Source: an uncultured Bacteroidales bacterium
Lineage (GTDB): Bacteria > Bacteroidota > Bacteroidia > Bacteroidales > VadinHA17
Assembly: GCA_963844935.1 (NCBI GenBank)
Contig: CAWJQH010000004.1
Location: forward strand, 236,307 to 300,306
DNA: 64,000 nucleotides
Reading direction: 5' to 3'
The notes under the pieces are model-generated. The model saw only the letters and a program-made list of their open reading frames with translations, was not told the origin of the DNA and ran no database searches. Position numbers and translations under genes: made by a program. This document shows, piece by piece, positions 36,572 through 45,628 of this stretch; the first letter of the stretch is position 1; each line of letters begins with the position of its first letter.

Positions 36572-37909
36572 TTACTTTTCTGCAACCACAAGCATTTCAA
36601 AATCCTCAGTGGTCAGCTTGTCGTCCCTCGAGAAGGCCCCGAGCCTGGCGCCGAAAATTCCGACATTGGTAAATCCCAGGGACTTTAAAAGCCATGTTAT
36701 TTCACTGGGCACATAGTATCTTTCATTGCAATCCAGTGTCTTCTTATTGCCGTTGTCATCCTCGAACTCCGTGATATTATGATCGCGGAATGTCATCAGG
36801 TCAAAGGTGTTGCTTCTGTATGTCGCATTACCTTCTCCGGTCGTGGAATCACAGAATTGCTCGACGGAATGATACAGTGGAAAGAGCCCGTTGAGTGTAG
36901 TGAAAATGAACCGCCCTTTTTTCTTTAACGACTTTGTCACATTCTTCAGGATCTCAAAATTCATTTCATCGGTTTCCATCAGAGGGAAGCCGCCTTCACA
37001 AAGCATTACCGCCACATCAAACTCATTCACAAAGGGGAGGTTTCTGGCGTCATGTTTCAGGAATTTTATTTTCAGCCTTGCCGCTGCGGCTTTTTCCTTT
37101 GCCACCTGAAGCTGGGATTCTGACAGGTCAATGCCGGTAACGTTATACCCTCTCCCTGTCAGCTCAATTGAATGTCTGCCTGTACCGCATCCCACATCAA
37201 TGATCTTCAGTGATTTGTCATAACCCAGCTCTTTTTCAAGGAAATCACATTCACCCTCTGTTCCCGCGGTGAAGCTTTCGGAATCGTATTTATGCCCGTA
37301 GTTTTCAAACAGCGCCTCGTACCATTGCTTTTTGACCATTCCCGGACCGGATTGTTCGCCTTTGCCGGCCTCAGCACCCGGGTTCAGACACCTGGCATAC
37401 CTGATTTCGTCATATATCTTACCTTTTTTGCTGACAGCGTTTTTGCTTACGGCCTCCTTTTCGAATCCGCATTTTTCAAGTACGCGCTGGGAAGCCGGAT
37501 TATAATCAAATACACCTGAATAGATCCTGACAATATCCAGTTCCTTAAAGCCGTATTCGCATATCAGGTTCACTGCCCTTGTCGTTATTCCCTTGTTCCA
37601 GTAAGGCTCGCCGATAAAATATCCAAGCTCGGCCGATTTGCTGTAAACGTCACCCTGTTTATGCAGCCCTATGTTCCCGACATACTGCCCGTGGTATTCA
37701 ATTGCGAATATCTCAACGGGGTTTTGCCTTATGCATCCGGCAATGAATGCTTCGGCGTCAGCAATGGTGTAGGGAAAGGGAAAGGCATCCCGAAGGTTGA
37801 TGCTGATTTTTTCATTGTTTGCCAGCTCTGCCATCCGGAATTTGTCGCTGTGTCTGAATTTCCGGATTGTAACGATCCCGTCAGTCATGCGAATGGTCTT
37901 TGTTGTCAT
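36572..37909 (-). CDS. fusion protein: GNAT (RimJ/RimL-like) N-acetyltransferase plus class I SAM-dependent methyltransferase
   Basis: N-terminal half has ..IRKFRHSDKFRMAELANN..GYFIGEPYWNKGITTRAVNL..RVLEKCGFEKE. C-terminal half has the SAM motif KIIDVGCGTGRHSIEL. Confidence 0.75.
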   Translation of the reverse strand: MTTKTIRMTDGIVTIRKFRHSDKFRMAELANNEKISINLRDAFPFPYTIADAEAFIAGCIRQNPVEIFAIEYHGQYVGNIGLHKQGDVYSKSAELGYFIGEPYWNKGITTRAVNLICEYGFKELDIVRIYSGVFDYNPASQRVLEKCGFEKEAVSKNAVSKKGKIYDEIRYARCLNPGAEAGKGEQSGPGMVKKQWYEALFENYGHKYDSESFTAGTEGECDFLEKELGYDKSLKIIDVGCGTGRHSIELTGRGYNVTGIDLSESQLQVAKEKAAAARLKIKFLKHDARNLPFVNEFDVAVMLCEGGFPLMETDEMNFEILKNVTKSLKKKGRFIFTTLNGLFPLYHSVEQFCDSTTGEGNATYRSNTFDLMTFRDHNITEFEDDNGNKKTLDCNERYYVPSEITWLLKSLGFTNVGIFGARLGAFSRDDKLTTEDFEMLVVAEK

Positions 37910-37968
37910 CTTTTGTCAGATAATGATGTCACCCGTTATAAAGGTATTAAATTGTGTATAATTGCAGG

Positions 37969-40206
37969 ATGAATAAGATCCTCACCGGAATATTATTCTT
38001 CTTCCTGTTAATTCAGTATGTTCCGGCGCAGCCCGCTTTGCCAGACAACGGGCCGCTCTATGCTGATACGATCGTACCGCGGATAGACATTACAATCAAT
38101 CCCGACACACTCGAATGGATCTACAATAATCCTGAAAGCGACCGGGAGTTTCATGCAGTTTTTGCATTCACCAGCGGCACCATACATGATATAATTGATC
38201 CGGTGGGCTTCAGGCTGCGTGGAAACACCTCGCGCTATTCAAAGAAAAAATCATTCAAGGTCTCATTCAACACATACACAGAGGGGGGTAAGTATTACGG
38301 GGTTGAAAAACTGAACCTGAACGGCGAGCATAACGACCCTTCAGTCATGCGGTCAAAGCTGATGTGGGACATCCTCAGGAAGTGGGAGATTCCGGCTCCG
38401 AGGGCCAACCATGTCCGGGTTTATATTAACGGGAACTATTACGGATTGTACCTGAATGTGGAGCACATCGATGAAGAATTCGTCCTGTCACGTTTCGGCA
38501 ACAAGGACGGCAATCTCTACAAATGCCTTTATCCTGCCGATCTTGCATACCTGGGCGCTGACCCCGACAGCTACAAGCTGATGTCAGGGGACAGGCCGGT
38601 TTATGAGCTGATGACGAACACTGAGGAGAACGACTACTCTGACCTGGCAGCTTTTATCAGTGTTCTCGAAAATTCACCTGATGAAAGGCTGATTTGTGAC
38701 CTGGAAGCCCTCTTTAACACATATGATTATCTGAAATTAATGGCAGCCGATATCTTTTGCGGCGACTGGGACGGGTACATTTACAACAAGAATAACTTTT
38801 ATCTCTATCACAACACTGAGACGGGCAAGATGGAATACATCCCGTACGATGTGGATAATACTTTTGGAATTGACTGGTTCAATATCGACTGGGCGGAGAG
38901 GAATATCTATGACTGGAAGCGCGGAGGATCAGAGCAAAGACCGCTGTATGACCGCATCATCAATAATAAAGAGCTGCGCCAGCAGTTCACATTCTATGCC
39001 GGTCAGCTTATAAGCGGTACCATCGACATGGATTCCCTGACACAAAGCATTGAGTCGCGAAAGAACATGATCGCTCCCTATATTGCTGCCGATCCGTATT
39101 ACCCGCTCGATTACGGATATGATTACGGCGATTTTATGCTTTCATATACAAGCGCTGCAGGAGGGCATGTCAGATACGGCCTTTACCCTTATCTCTCAGC
39201 AAGAAGCCAGTCAATGTCACAGCAGCTTGAACCAGGCACGATGGTGCCGGTGATAAAGTATATCAGTCACCGCCGTGATCCGGTGCAGGGAATCGAAGTA
39301 AAGGCCCGTGCCGAAGCGGAAGCATTGCCGTTAACGGCAATTTTACTTTATACTGTGGATGGCGGAAGCAATCAGCAGGCTGTCATGAACCATGAAGGCC
39401 AGGGCATTTATTCGGTTACTCTCTCCGGAATTCCGGATGCATCTGCGGTAAGTTACCATATTGTGGTATCGGACAGTGATGGCCGGACAAATGTCAAGCC
39501 ATGTGAACCTGCAGTGATACGGCCCCTGTCGGGCGATACCCCCTTGCTGTTCATAAATGAATTCATGGCTGACAATGAGGAAACTGTCACTGATGAGTAC
39601 GGGAACTACAGCGACTGGATTGAAATTTATAACGGCGATAACAAGGCGGTATATCTTGGCGATCTTTACCTGACTGATAACTTCAGTAATCCGGGTAAAT
39701 GGCAGTTACCGGCGATCAGCCTTGATCCGGGAGGATTTATGCTTTTCTGGGCTGACGGTAACAGTGCTCCGGGCGACCGCCATACGTCGTTTAAACTTTC
39801 AAAGGATGGTGAAGAAATAGGACTCTATGATAAGGATTTTCTTGTTATCGATACTCTTTCATTCGGTCTTCAGCAGGATGATGTCAGCAGAGGCAGGAAA
39901 AGTGACGGAGCAACCGAAACAGTGTTTTTCACTGTGCCCACACCGGGCAGGTCAAATAACGCCACCCCGGTTGAAGATGCACAGGCTGATAACGGGCTCA
40001 TTGTTTATCCAAACCCTGTTCAAGGTGATAAGGTAAGGATCAATCAGAAGATAAACTGCAGGATTTACAACTCGCGGGGAACGATAGTTTTTACAGGGCG
40101 TGAGGTTGATGAGATTGACCTTCAGGATTATCCGTCAGGGTTATACATTCTGCTGACGGATGATGGCAGGAGTGTTAAATTCATTGTTGTCAGATCCGGT
40201 CAGTAA
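37969..40206 (+). CDS. CotH-family protein plus lamin-tail-like domain plus T9SS C-terminal sorting domain
   Basis: ATG 37969 with signal peptide. CotH-like ..FRLRGNTSRYSKKKSFKVSFN..KLNLNGEHNDPS..NNFYLYHN... LTD-like ..LFINEFMADNE..DWIEIYN... CTD ..IVYPNPVQGDKV..GLYILLTDDGRSVKFIV. Confidence 0.75.
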   Translation: MNKILTGILFFFLLIQYVPAQPALPDNGPLYADTIVPRIDITINPDTLEWIYNNPESDREFHAVFAFTSGTIHDIIDPVGFRLRGNTSRYSKKKSFKVSFNTYTEGGKYYGVEKLNLNGEHNDPSVMRSKLMWDILRKWEIPAPRANHVRVYINGNYYGLYLNVEHIDEEFVLSRFGNKDGNLYKCLYPADLAYLGADPDSYKLMSGDRPVYELMTNTEENDYSDLAAFISVLENSPDERLICDLEALFNTYDYLKLMAADIFCGDWDGYIYNKNNFYLYHNTETGKMEYIPYDVDNTFGIDWFNIDWAERNIYDWKRGGSEQRPLYDRIINNKELRQQFTFYAGQLISGTIDMDSLTQSIESRKNMIAPYIAADPYYPLDYGYDYGDFMLSYTSAAGGHVRYGLYPYLSARSQSMSQQLEPGTMVPVIKYISHRRDPVQGIEVKARAEAEALPLTAILLYTVDGGSNQQAVMNHEGQGIYSVTLSGIPDASAVSYHIVVSDSDGRTNVKPCEPAVIRPLSGDTPLLFINEFMADNEETVTDEYGNYSDWIEIYNGDNKAVYLGDLYLTDNFSNPGKWQLPAISLDPGGFMLFWADGNSAPGDRHTSFKLSKDGEEIGLYDKDFLVIDTLSFGLQQDDVSRGRKSDGATETVFFTVPTPGRSNNATPVEDAQADNGLIVYPNPVQGDKVRINQKINCRIYNSRGTIVFTGREVDEIDLQDYPSGLYILLTDDGRSVKFIVVRSGQ

Positions 40207-40221
40207 GTCTAATTTTAAATA

Positions 40222-41109
40222 TTAATGGTGCAGCGGCCTTTTTTTCAGCACGCCCCCCTTGGCCTGGCTGATGGGGAAGCAGTATATAAAAGCCTTCTCG
40301 TCAACATCGTTAACGATCTTCTTGACCCTGCTTATTTCAAGCTTTGTGACGATTGTAAAGATGATCTCCAGATCTGCGGCACCGTCGATGTCAGCCTTTT
40401 TACCGATCATGCTCCTTTTGCCTTTGTAGATAGTGATTCCGCGGCCGAACCTGGTCATCAGGGCCAGTTTCACCTTGTTGCTCTTTTCCGAGATGATCGA
40501 AATACCTGTGTATTCTTCGATACCCTCAACCAGGTAATCAATTGTCTTTGAGGCTGCAATATATGTAAGTATCGAGTAGAGGGCAGGTTCAATGCCAAGA
40601 AAGAAAGCGGCGGCGGAAAAAATTAAAATGTTGAAGGCAAGTATCATGTCGCCGATTGAAGCCTCCACCTTGCCGGCCACCCACAGGGCGAGTATCTCCG
40701 TTCCGTCAAGCACACTTCCGCCCCTGACAGAGAGACCTACGCCGCCTCCCAGGAAGAGACCCCCAAAGACGGCTGTAAGCAATTTGTCGTCGGTGATGAT
40801 GGGAAACTCAACAAACGCCAGAAAAAAAGAAAAACCGGCTATGGCAAGCAGGGTCTTAAGCGCAAATATTCGCGATATCTGTGTGTACGCCAGAACAATG
40901 AACGGCACATTTATGGCGAAAATAAGCACTGAAAGCGGCAACCCGGTGGTATAATTGACCAGGAGGGAGATTCCCGTCACCCCTCCGTCAATAAACTGGT
41001 TGGGAAGCAAAAAGCCTTTCAGCCCGAAGCTTGCTGAAGCAATACCGATAATTATCAGAAGGGCACCTTTCAGATGATGGTACACTGTTCCACCCTCAAT
41101 TTCTTTCAT
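40222..41109 (-). CDS. YitT-family membrane protein (with DUF2179-like C-terminus)
   Basis: ..FGLKGFLLPNQFIDGGVTGISLLV.., 5-6 TM helices plus a soluble C-terminal domain. Confidence 0.75.
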   Translation of the reverse strand: MKEIEGGTVYHHLKGALLIIIGIASASFGLKGFLLPNQFIDGGVTGISLLVNYTTGLPLSVLIFAINVPFIVLAYTQISRIFALKTLLAIAGFSFFLAFVEFPIITDDKLLTAVFGGLFLGGGVGLSVRGGSVLDGTEILALWVAGKVEASIGDMILAFNILIFSAAAFFLGIEPALYSILTYIAASKTIDYLVEGIEEYTGISIISEKSNKVKLALMTRFGRGITIYKGKRSMIGKKADIDGAADLEIIFTIVTKLEISRVKKIVNDVDEKAFIYCFPISQAKGGVLKKRPLHH

Positions 41110-41243
41110 AAAGCAATAAGATCTTTGTCCGGGACAACCTGCTGAAGCAGCTCCGGCAGCTTTTAACTTAAGCAGTTTGCACTACCAAGTTACTAAATTT
41201 TCACTGCTTTGGATTTATTCAGGTAAATTTGAAAAAAAGATGA

Positions 41244-42314
41244 ATGAAGACCGGAACGGTTGAAATAAACATGATCCATCAGGGCGATTCCATTGAATTG
41301 CTGAAACAGCTGCCGGATAATTCAATAGATCTGGTCTTTGCTGATCCGCCTTACAATCTTCAGCTTAAGGGTGATCTCTTCCGCCCCGACCAGTCGAAGG
41401 TAAGCCCGGTGAATGATCACTGGGACAGGTTTGGCTCTTTCAGCTCTTATGATGACTTTACCCGTGAATGGCTGCGTGAGTGCCACCGGGTGATAAAGGA
41501 TACCGGCAGCATCTGGGTTATCGGCACCTATCACAATATCTTCAGGGTCGGCACCATACTGCAGGATACTGGATTCTGGATCCTCAATGATATTATCTGG
41601 ATAAAAACCAATCCAATGCCCAACTTCAGGGGCACCAGGTTTAACAACGCACATGAGACACTCATCTGGGCAACGAAGACAAAGGCATCAAAATACACTT
41701 TTCATTACCGTACAATGAAAGGTTTCAATGACGACCTGCAGATGAGGAGCGACTGGCTGATACCCATCTGCCAGGGATCGGAGAGGGTGAGGGAGAACGG
41801 CCGGAAAGCCCATTCAACGCAGAAACCCGAGGAGCTTCTGTACAGGATTATACTGGCCACATCCAACCCGGGCGACCTGGTGCTTGATCCTTTCGCCGGC
41901 AGCGGCACCACGGCTGCGGTGGCGAAGAAGCTGGGAAGAAATTTTATCGGATTCGAGAGAGAACCTTTATACATCAGTGTGGCCAGGGAGAGAGTTGAAA
42001 AAACAGAACCAGTCAGCTCACACTTGCTTGAATACAGGAATGAGAAGCGCAGGCCGAGGGTGCCATTTGGCAACCTGGTCGAGGGGGGATTTATACGACC
42101 CGGAGAGTACCTCTATTCCTCAGATAAGAAACACAAAGCGGAAGTGCAGGCAGACGCCTCACTGTTATGCGACGGTCACGCAGGGTCAATTCATGCCGTC
42201 AGCGCGCTGGTAACGGGAAAGGAGAAACAGAACGGATGGGATTTCTGGTACGTACAGCGCGGCAGAAAGCTGGTTGTTATTGATGATCTAAGGAAGGAAT
42301 ATGGTAAAGCATAA
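41244..42314 (+). CDS. beta-class N6-adenine DNA methyltransferase, CcrM / M.HinfI-like (predicted GANTC), no adjacent endonuclease
   Basis: Motif [10 protein letters not shown] precedes motif [10 protein letters not shown]. Long stretches match my recollection of CcrM ([68 protein letters not shown]). CcrM-type C-terminal ~80 aa. Confidence 0.85.
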   Translation: MKTGTVEINMIHQGDSIELLKQLPDNSIDLVFADPPYNLQLKGDLFRPDQSKVSPVNDHWDRFGSFSSYDDFTREWLRECHRVIKDTGSIWVIGTYHNIFRVGTILQDTGFWILNDIIWIKTNPMPNFRGTRFNNAHETLIWATKTKASKYTFHYRTMKGFNDDLQMRSDWLIPICQGSERVRENGRKAHSTQKPEELLYRIILATSNPGDLVLDPFAGSGTTAAVAKKLGRNFIGFEREPLYISVARERVEKTEPVSSHLLEYRNEKRRPRVPFGNLVEGGFIRPGEYLYSSDKKHKAEVQADASLLCDGHAGSIHAVSALVTGKEKQNGWDFWYVQRGRKLVVIDDLRKEYGKA

Positions 42315-42425
42315 AGCATAGAGCATGGAGCATGGGGCATGGAGCATGGAGCATGGAGCAAGGAGCAGGGAGCAAGGAGCACAGGGCCGGGAGCCAGGAG
42401 GGGATGAGGGGGCAGGGTTAAGGGG
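42306..42425. repeat. drifting heptamer array (about 17 x 7 nt) spanning the methyltransferase stop codon and ending in a G-rich tract
   Basis: AAAGCAT AAAGCAT AGAGCAT GGAGCAT GGGGCAT GGAGCAT GGAGCAT GGAGCAA GGAGCAG GGAGCAA GGAGCAC AGGGCCG GGAGCCA GGAGGGG ATGAGGG GGCAGGG TTAAGGG. Confidence 0.85.
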
Positions 42426-42466
42426 ATGACAGATGGCGGATATAAGACAAGAATGTAAGTGATAAC

Positions 42467-42506
42467 AAAAAAAAGACCCTCGCGGATGACGGAGGGTCTT
42501 CTTTTT
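42467..42506. terminator. bidirectional intrinsic terminator between convergent genes
   Basis: AAAAAAAAGACCCTC-10 nt-GAGGGTCTTCTTTTT. Confidence 0.8.
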
Positions 42507-42518
42507 AAGAATTATTTA

Positions 42519-43712
42519 CTATTCATGAATTATCGGGTCAGGCTCACCGTCAGGATCACCTCTCACGTATCCGCGGATGTGGCGATTGCCACCGGTAGCC
42601 AGAAGCACTCCGCAGGCGTGCGGGGCTGCCATTGATGTGCCGCTCATGGTTGCAAGTCCTCCGCGTATAATAGGTTGAAAGTATGCTGACACCGGGGGCG
42701 CAGTAGTCTATGGGTGGATTTCCATAAGTTTGAAAAATGAAGCCCAGAGTATCATTTACATCACATGCCGAGATAGTATACATATTGAGGCTCATTTGCC
42801 CTTGCCGGTGAATGGTTGTTTGCATCATCACTTTCGTTGCCTGCTGCAAGAGCCACAAAGATACCCTTTGCTCCCATCTGAATAACCTCAAGATCCAGCG
42901 GCTCATATGCACTACCGCCAGAGAGCTCATATTTGCAGCATCGCCCGCAATACCGTTGGCAGTTACAAAGTCGACACCTGCGATTATAACTGACATTGCA
43001 CCTGAACCGCGTTTGTCGAGAACCTTTACAGGAACAACCTTTGCACCGGCTGCAACTCCGACAACACCAACGGTATTATCAATTGCTGCTACGATACCTG
43101 CGCAGTGAGTTCCATGGCCGTTATCATCATTAGGCGGTTGTGGTACGGGAAACAAATGTTTTTCCGCTTGCAGCTACTCAACATTAAGATCTGCATGATC
43201 CAGATCTATGCCCAGTATCAATGATCCATGCCTTATTGGTGCCGGTATATGTTGCTCCTCCACCAACCCTGGTTATTCCGGGAGGTGTCACTTCAGCCGG
43301 CAGAGGTGTGGGTGCAGGGGCAGGTCTTGCCATTATGTACATCATGTCAGGCCATATGCCCCTGACATTAGGGTTCTTTTCAAGTGCGGCAACCTCACTG
43401 TCGGTTAGCTTGACAGCAAAACCAGGGATCCCGGCTGAATAGAAAGACATTCAGCGGTTCACGCACGGATATGCCAGATGCAGCAAGCACATTACTTGTG
43501 ACACCCATCATGGAAAGCTGGGCATCTTCATAGCTCATCGCCTCTGACTTGACATAACCGCAGTCGCTTTTCAATAAAACCACATACTGGCCGGGGATAA
43601 CCTCAAGTGAAGTCTTAATGTAGTCATCTTGCTGCGTGAGACTTTCGGGAGCTCTCTCGCACGCTCCGAGCAGCATGGCTGCTGCTGCAACAGAAAGTAG
43701 GAGTTTTTTCAT
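42519..43712 (-). pseudogene. subtilisin-like S8 serine peptidase lipoprotein, multiply disrupted
   Basis: Signal/lipobox MKKLLLSVAAAAMLLGAC. Propeptide-like segment. Catalytic D (AWIIDTG), H (DDNGHGTHCAG) and S (SGTSMAAPHACG) lie in different frames. About 5 frameshifts plus an in-frame TAG at 43174-43176. Confidence 0.8.
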
Positions 43713-43844
43713 TTAAATCAGGTTTAGGTTGATAAAGAGTTAACTAACCCCTAATTTACTATAAACCTGAAATTTGTGTTAACAAATGTTAAACAAAATT
43801 ATTAACAAGACCATAAAACTCTGATAACAAGTAAAATAAAAATT

Positions 43845-43882
43845 TCAGACTTTCAGACCCTCAGACCTTCAGACATCAGACC
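43845..43882. repeat. octamer quasi-repeat array abutting the pruA stop codon
   Basis: TCAGACTT TCAGACCC TCAGACCT TCAGACA TCAGACC, immediately followed by TTA (the minus-strand stop of pruA, 43883-43885). Confidence 0.8.
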
Positions 43883-45508
43883 TTAATCCATGTACGGGTA
43901 CCGGAAGTCTGTAGCCGGCAGGAAAGTCTCCTTGATTGTACGCGGGGAGGTCCACCTGACAAGGTTAAGCCTGCCGCCGGCTTTATCATTAGTGCCGGAT
44001 GCCCTTCCGCCGCCGAAAGGTTGCATTCCTACCATGGCCCCGGTGGGTTTATCGTTTATGTAGAAATTACCCGCGGCAAAACGCAGTACCTGGCATGCTT
44101 TAACGATTGCCGGCCTGTCGTTAGAAAAAATCGAGCCCGTAAGTCCGTATGGCGAGGTCTCATTGACAATATGAAGGGTCTCTTCATAATTCTCATCCTC
44201 ATACACATACAGCGTAACCACTGGTCCGAAAATCTCTTCCTGCATGGTCACGAACTTCGGGTTTGTTGTCAGTATTATTGTCGGCTCAACGAAGTAGCCC
44301 TTTTCCTTGTCGCCGTGGCCGCCGTGAATAATTTCGCATTCCGATGATACCCTGGCCATCTCAATATACTTCATTATGTTATCGAAAGAACGCTCATCTA
44401 TGACGGCATTCATGAAATTGCTGAAGTCAGCCGGGTCTCCCATCTTTATCTCCGATGCCTGCCTCTTCAGGTGACCGGAGATTTCAGGCCAGAGAGAGCG
44501 CGGGATATAGACCCGTGACGATGCTGAGCATTTCTGCCCCTGGTATTCAAAGGAGCCCCTGATAATAGCAGTTGCAGCTTCGGGAGGGTTGGCAGACTTA
44601 TGGATCATTATAAAATCCTTACCGCCTGTCTCACCTACAATACGCGGATAGGATCTGTACTTTTCAAGGTTGTCCGATGCCGTTTTCCATAACGAGTTGA
44701 AAGTGCCGTTCGACCCCGTGAAATGTATTCCCCCGAGATCACGATGGTTGAGAACCACACTGCTTATAGTCGACCCCTGCCCGGGGAGGAAGTTGATCAC
44801 ACCGTCAGGCATGCCGGCCTCCATGAAGATCTGCATCAGTATCCAGCTGGACAGGAGCGAAGTGGTAGCCGGTTTCCAGATTGATGTATTGCCCATCAGT
44901 GCGACGGACATATTGAGGTTTGATGCGATGGCGGTGAAGTTAAAGGGAGAGACAGTATATACAAATCCTTCCAGGGGCCTGTATTCGACCCTGTTAAGCT
45001 GGTCCCATCCTGACCTCGGCTGTTCAAGGTATATCTGGCCGGCAAAATATGCATTGTACCTCAGGAAGTCTATTGTCTCGCAGGCAGCCTCCACCTCGGC
45101 CTGCTGCACGCTCTTGCTCTGCCCGAGCATGGTGGCGGCAACAATTGTAAACCGGTATTTCTTTGAGAGCAGCTCGGCAGCCTTCAGCATTATCGAAGCC
45201 CTTTCAACCCATGACAGGGTCATCCACATCTCCTTGGCCTCCATGGCTGCATCTATCGCCTCGCGTGTCTCCTTTTCTCCGGCCATGTGGTAAGTGGCAA
45301 GAACATGACTGTGATTATGAGGCATAACGACACTGCCGGTCTTCCCGGTTAAAATTTTCTTCCCGTTGACAACAACAGGTATCTCTGCAGTTTCAGATGA
45401 GATCCTCCGGAGTTCCTTCATCAGCTCATCACGCTCCCTGGTGCCCGGGGCATAACTTAAAACCGGCTCATTATGAGGCCTGTGGATAGAGAAAATTGCA
45501 TTATTCAT
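43883..45508 (-). CDS. pruA: L-glutamate gamma-semialdehyde (1-pyrroline-5-carboxylate) dehydrogenase
   Basis: ATG 45508 (MNNAIFSIHRPHNEPVLSYAPGTRER..). Aldehyde-DH motifs ..VGETGGKDF.. and ..EYQGQKCSASSR... 541 aa. Confidence 0.88.
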   Translation of the reverse strand: MNNAIFSIHRPHNEPVLSYAPGTRERDELMKELRRISSETAEIPVVVNGKKILTGKTGSVVMPHNHSHVLATYHMAGEKETREAIDAAMEAKEMWMTLSWVERASIMLKAAELLSKKYRFTIVAATMLGQSKSVQQAEVEAACETIDFLRYNAYFAGQIYLEQPRSGWDQLNRVEYRPLEGFVYTVSPFNFTAIASNLNMSVALMGNTSIWKPATTSLLSSWILMQIFMEAGMPDGVINFLPGQGSTISSVVLNHRDLGGIHFTGSNGTFNSLWKTASDNLEKYRSYPRIVGETGGKDFIMIHKSANPPEAATAIIRGSFEYQGQKCSASSRVYIPRSLWPEISGHLKRQASEIKMGDPADFSNFMNAVIDERSFDNIMKYIEMARVSSECEIIHGGHGDKEKGYFVEPTIILTTNPKFVTMQEEIFGPVVTLYVYEDENYEETLHIVNETSPYGLTGSIFSNDRPAIVKACQVLRFAAGNFYINDKPTGAMVGMQPFGGGRASGTNDKAGGRLNLVRWTSPRTIKETFLPATDFRYPYMD

Positions 45509-45628
45509 TGTTACAAATTTTTTTAAGCGGACTTTATCATAGCAAATGCCGGTCAATCAACCGGCGACGTAACTGTAACAAAAACAGGGGATGTTTGTTC
45601 TTGAATGCTGAGGATGGCCGACAGGGGA

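Noticed and set aside
42191-42382. ORF translating to APCS/HAPCSM repeats
   Set aside because: It is a translation artefact of the heptamer DNA array on the opposite strand and overlaps the methyltransferase 3' end.
44670-45293. 207-aa plus-strand ORF
   Set aside because: It is antisense to pruA.
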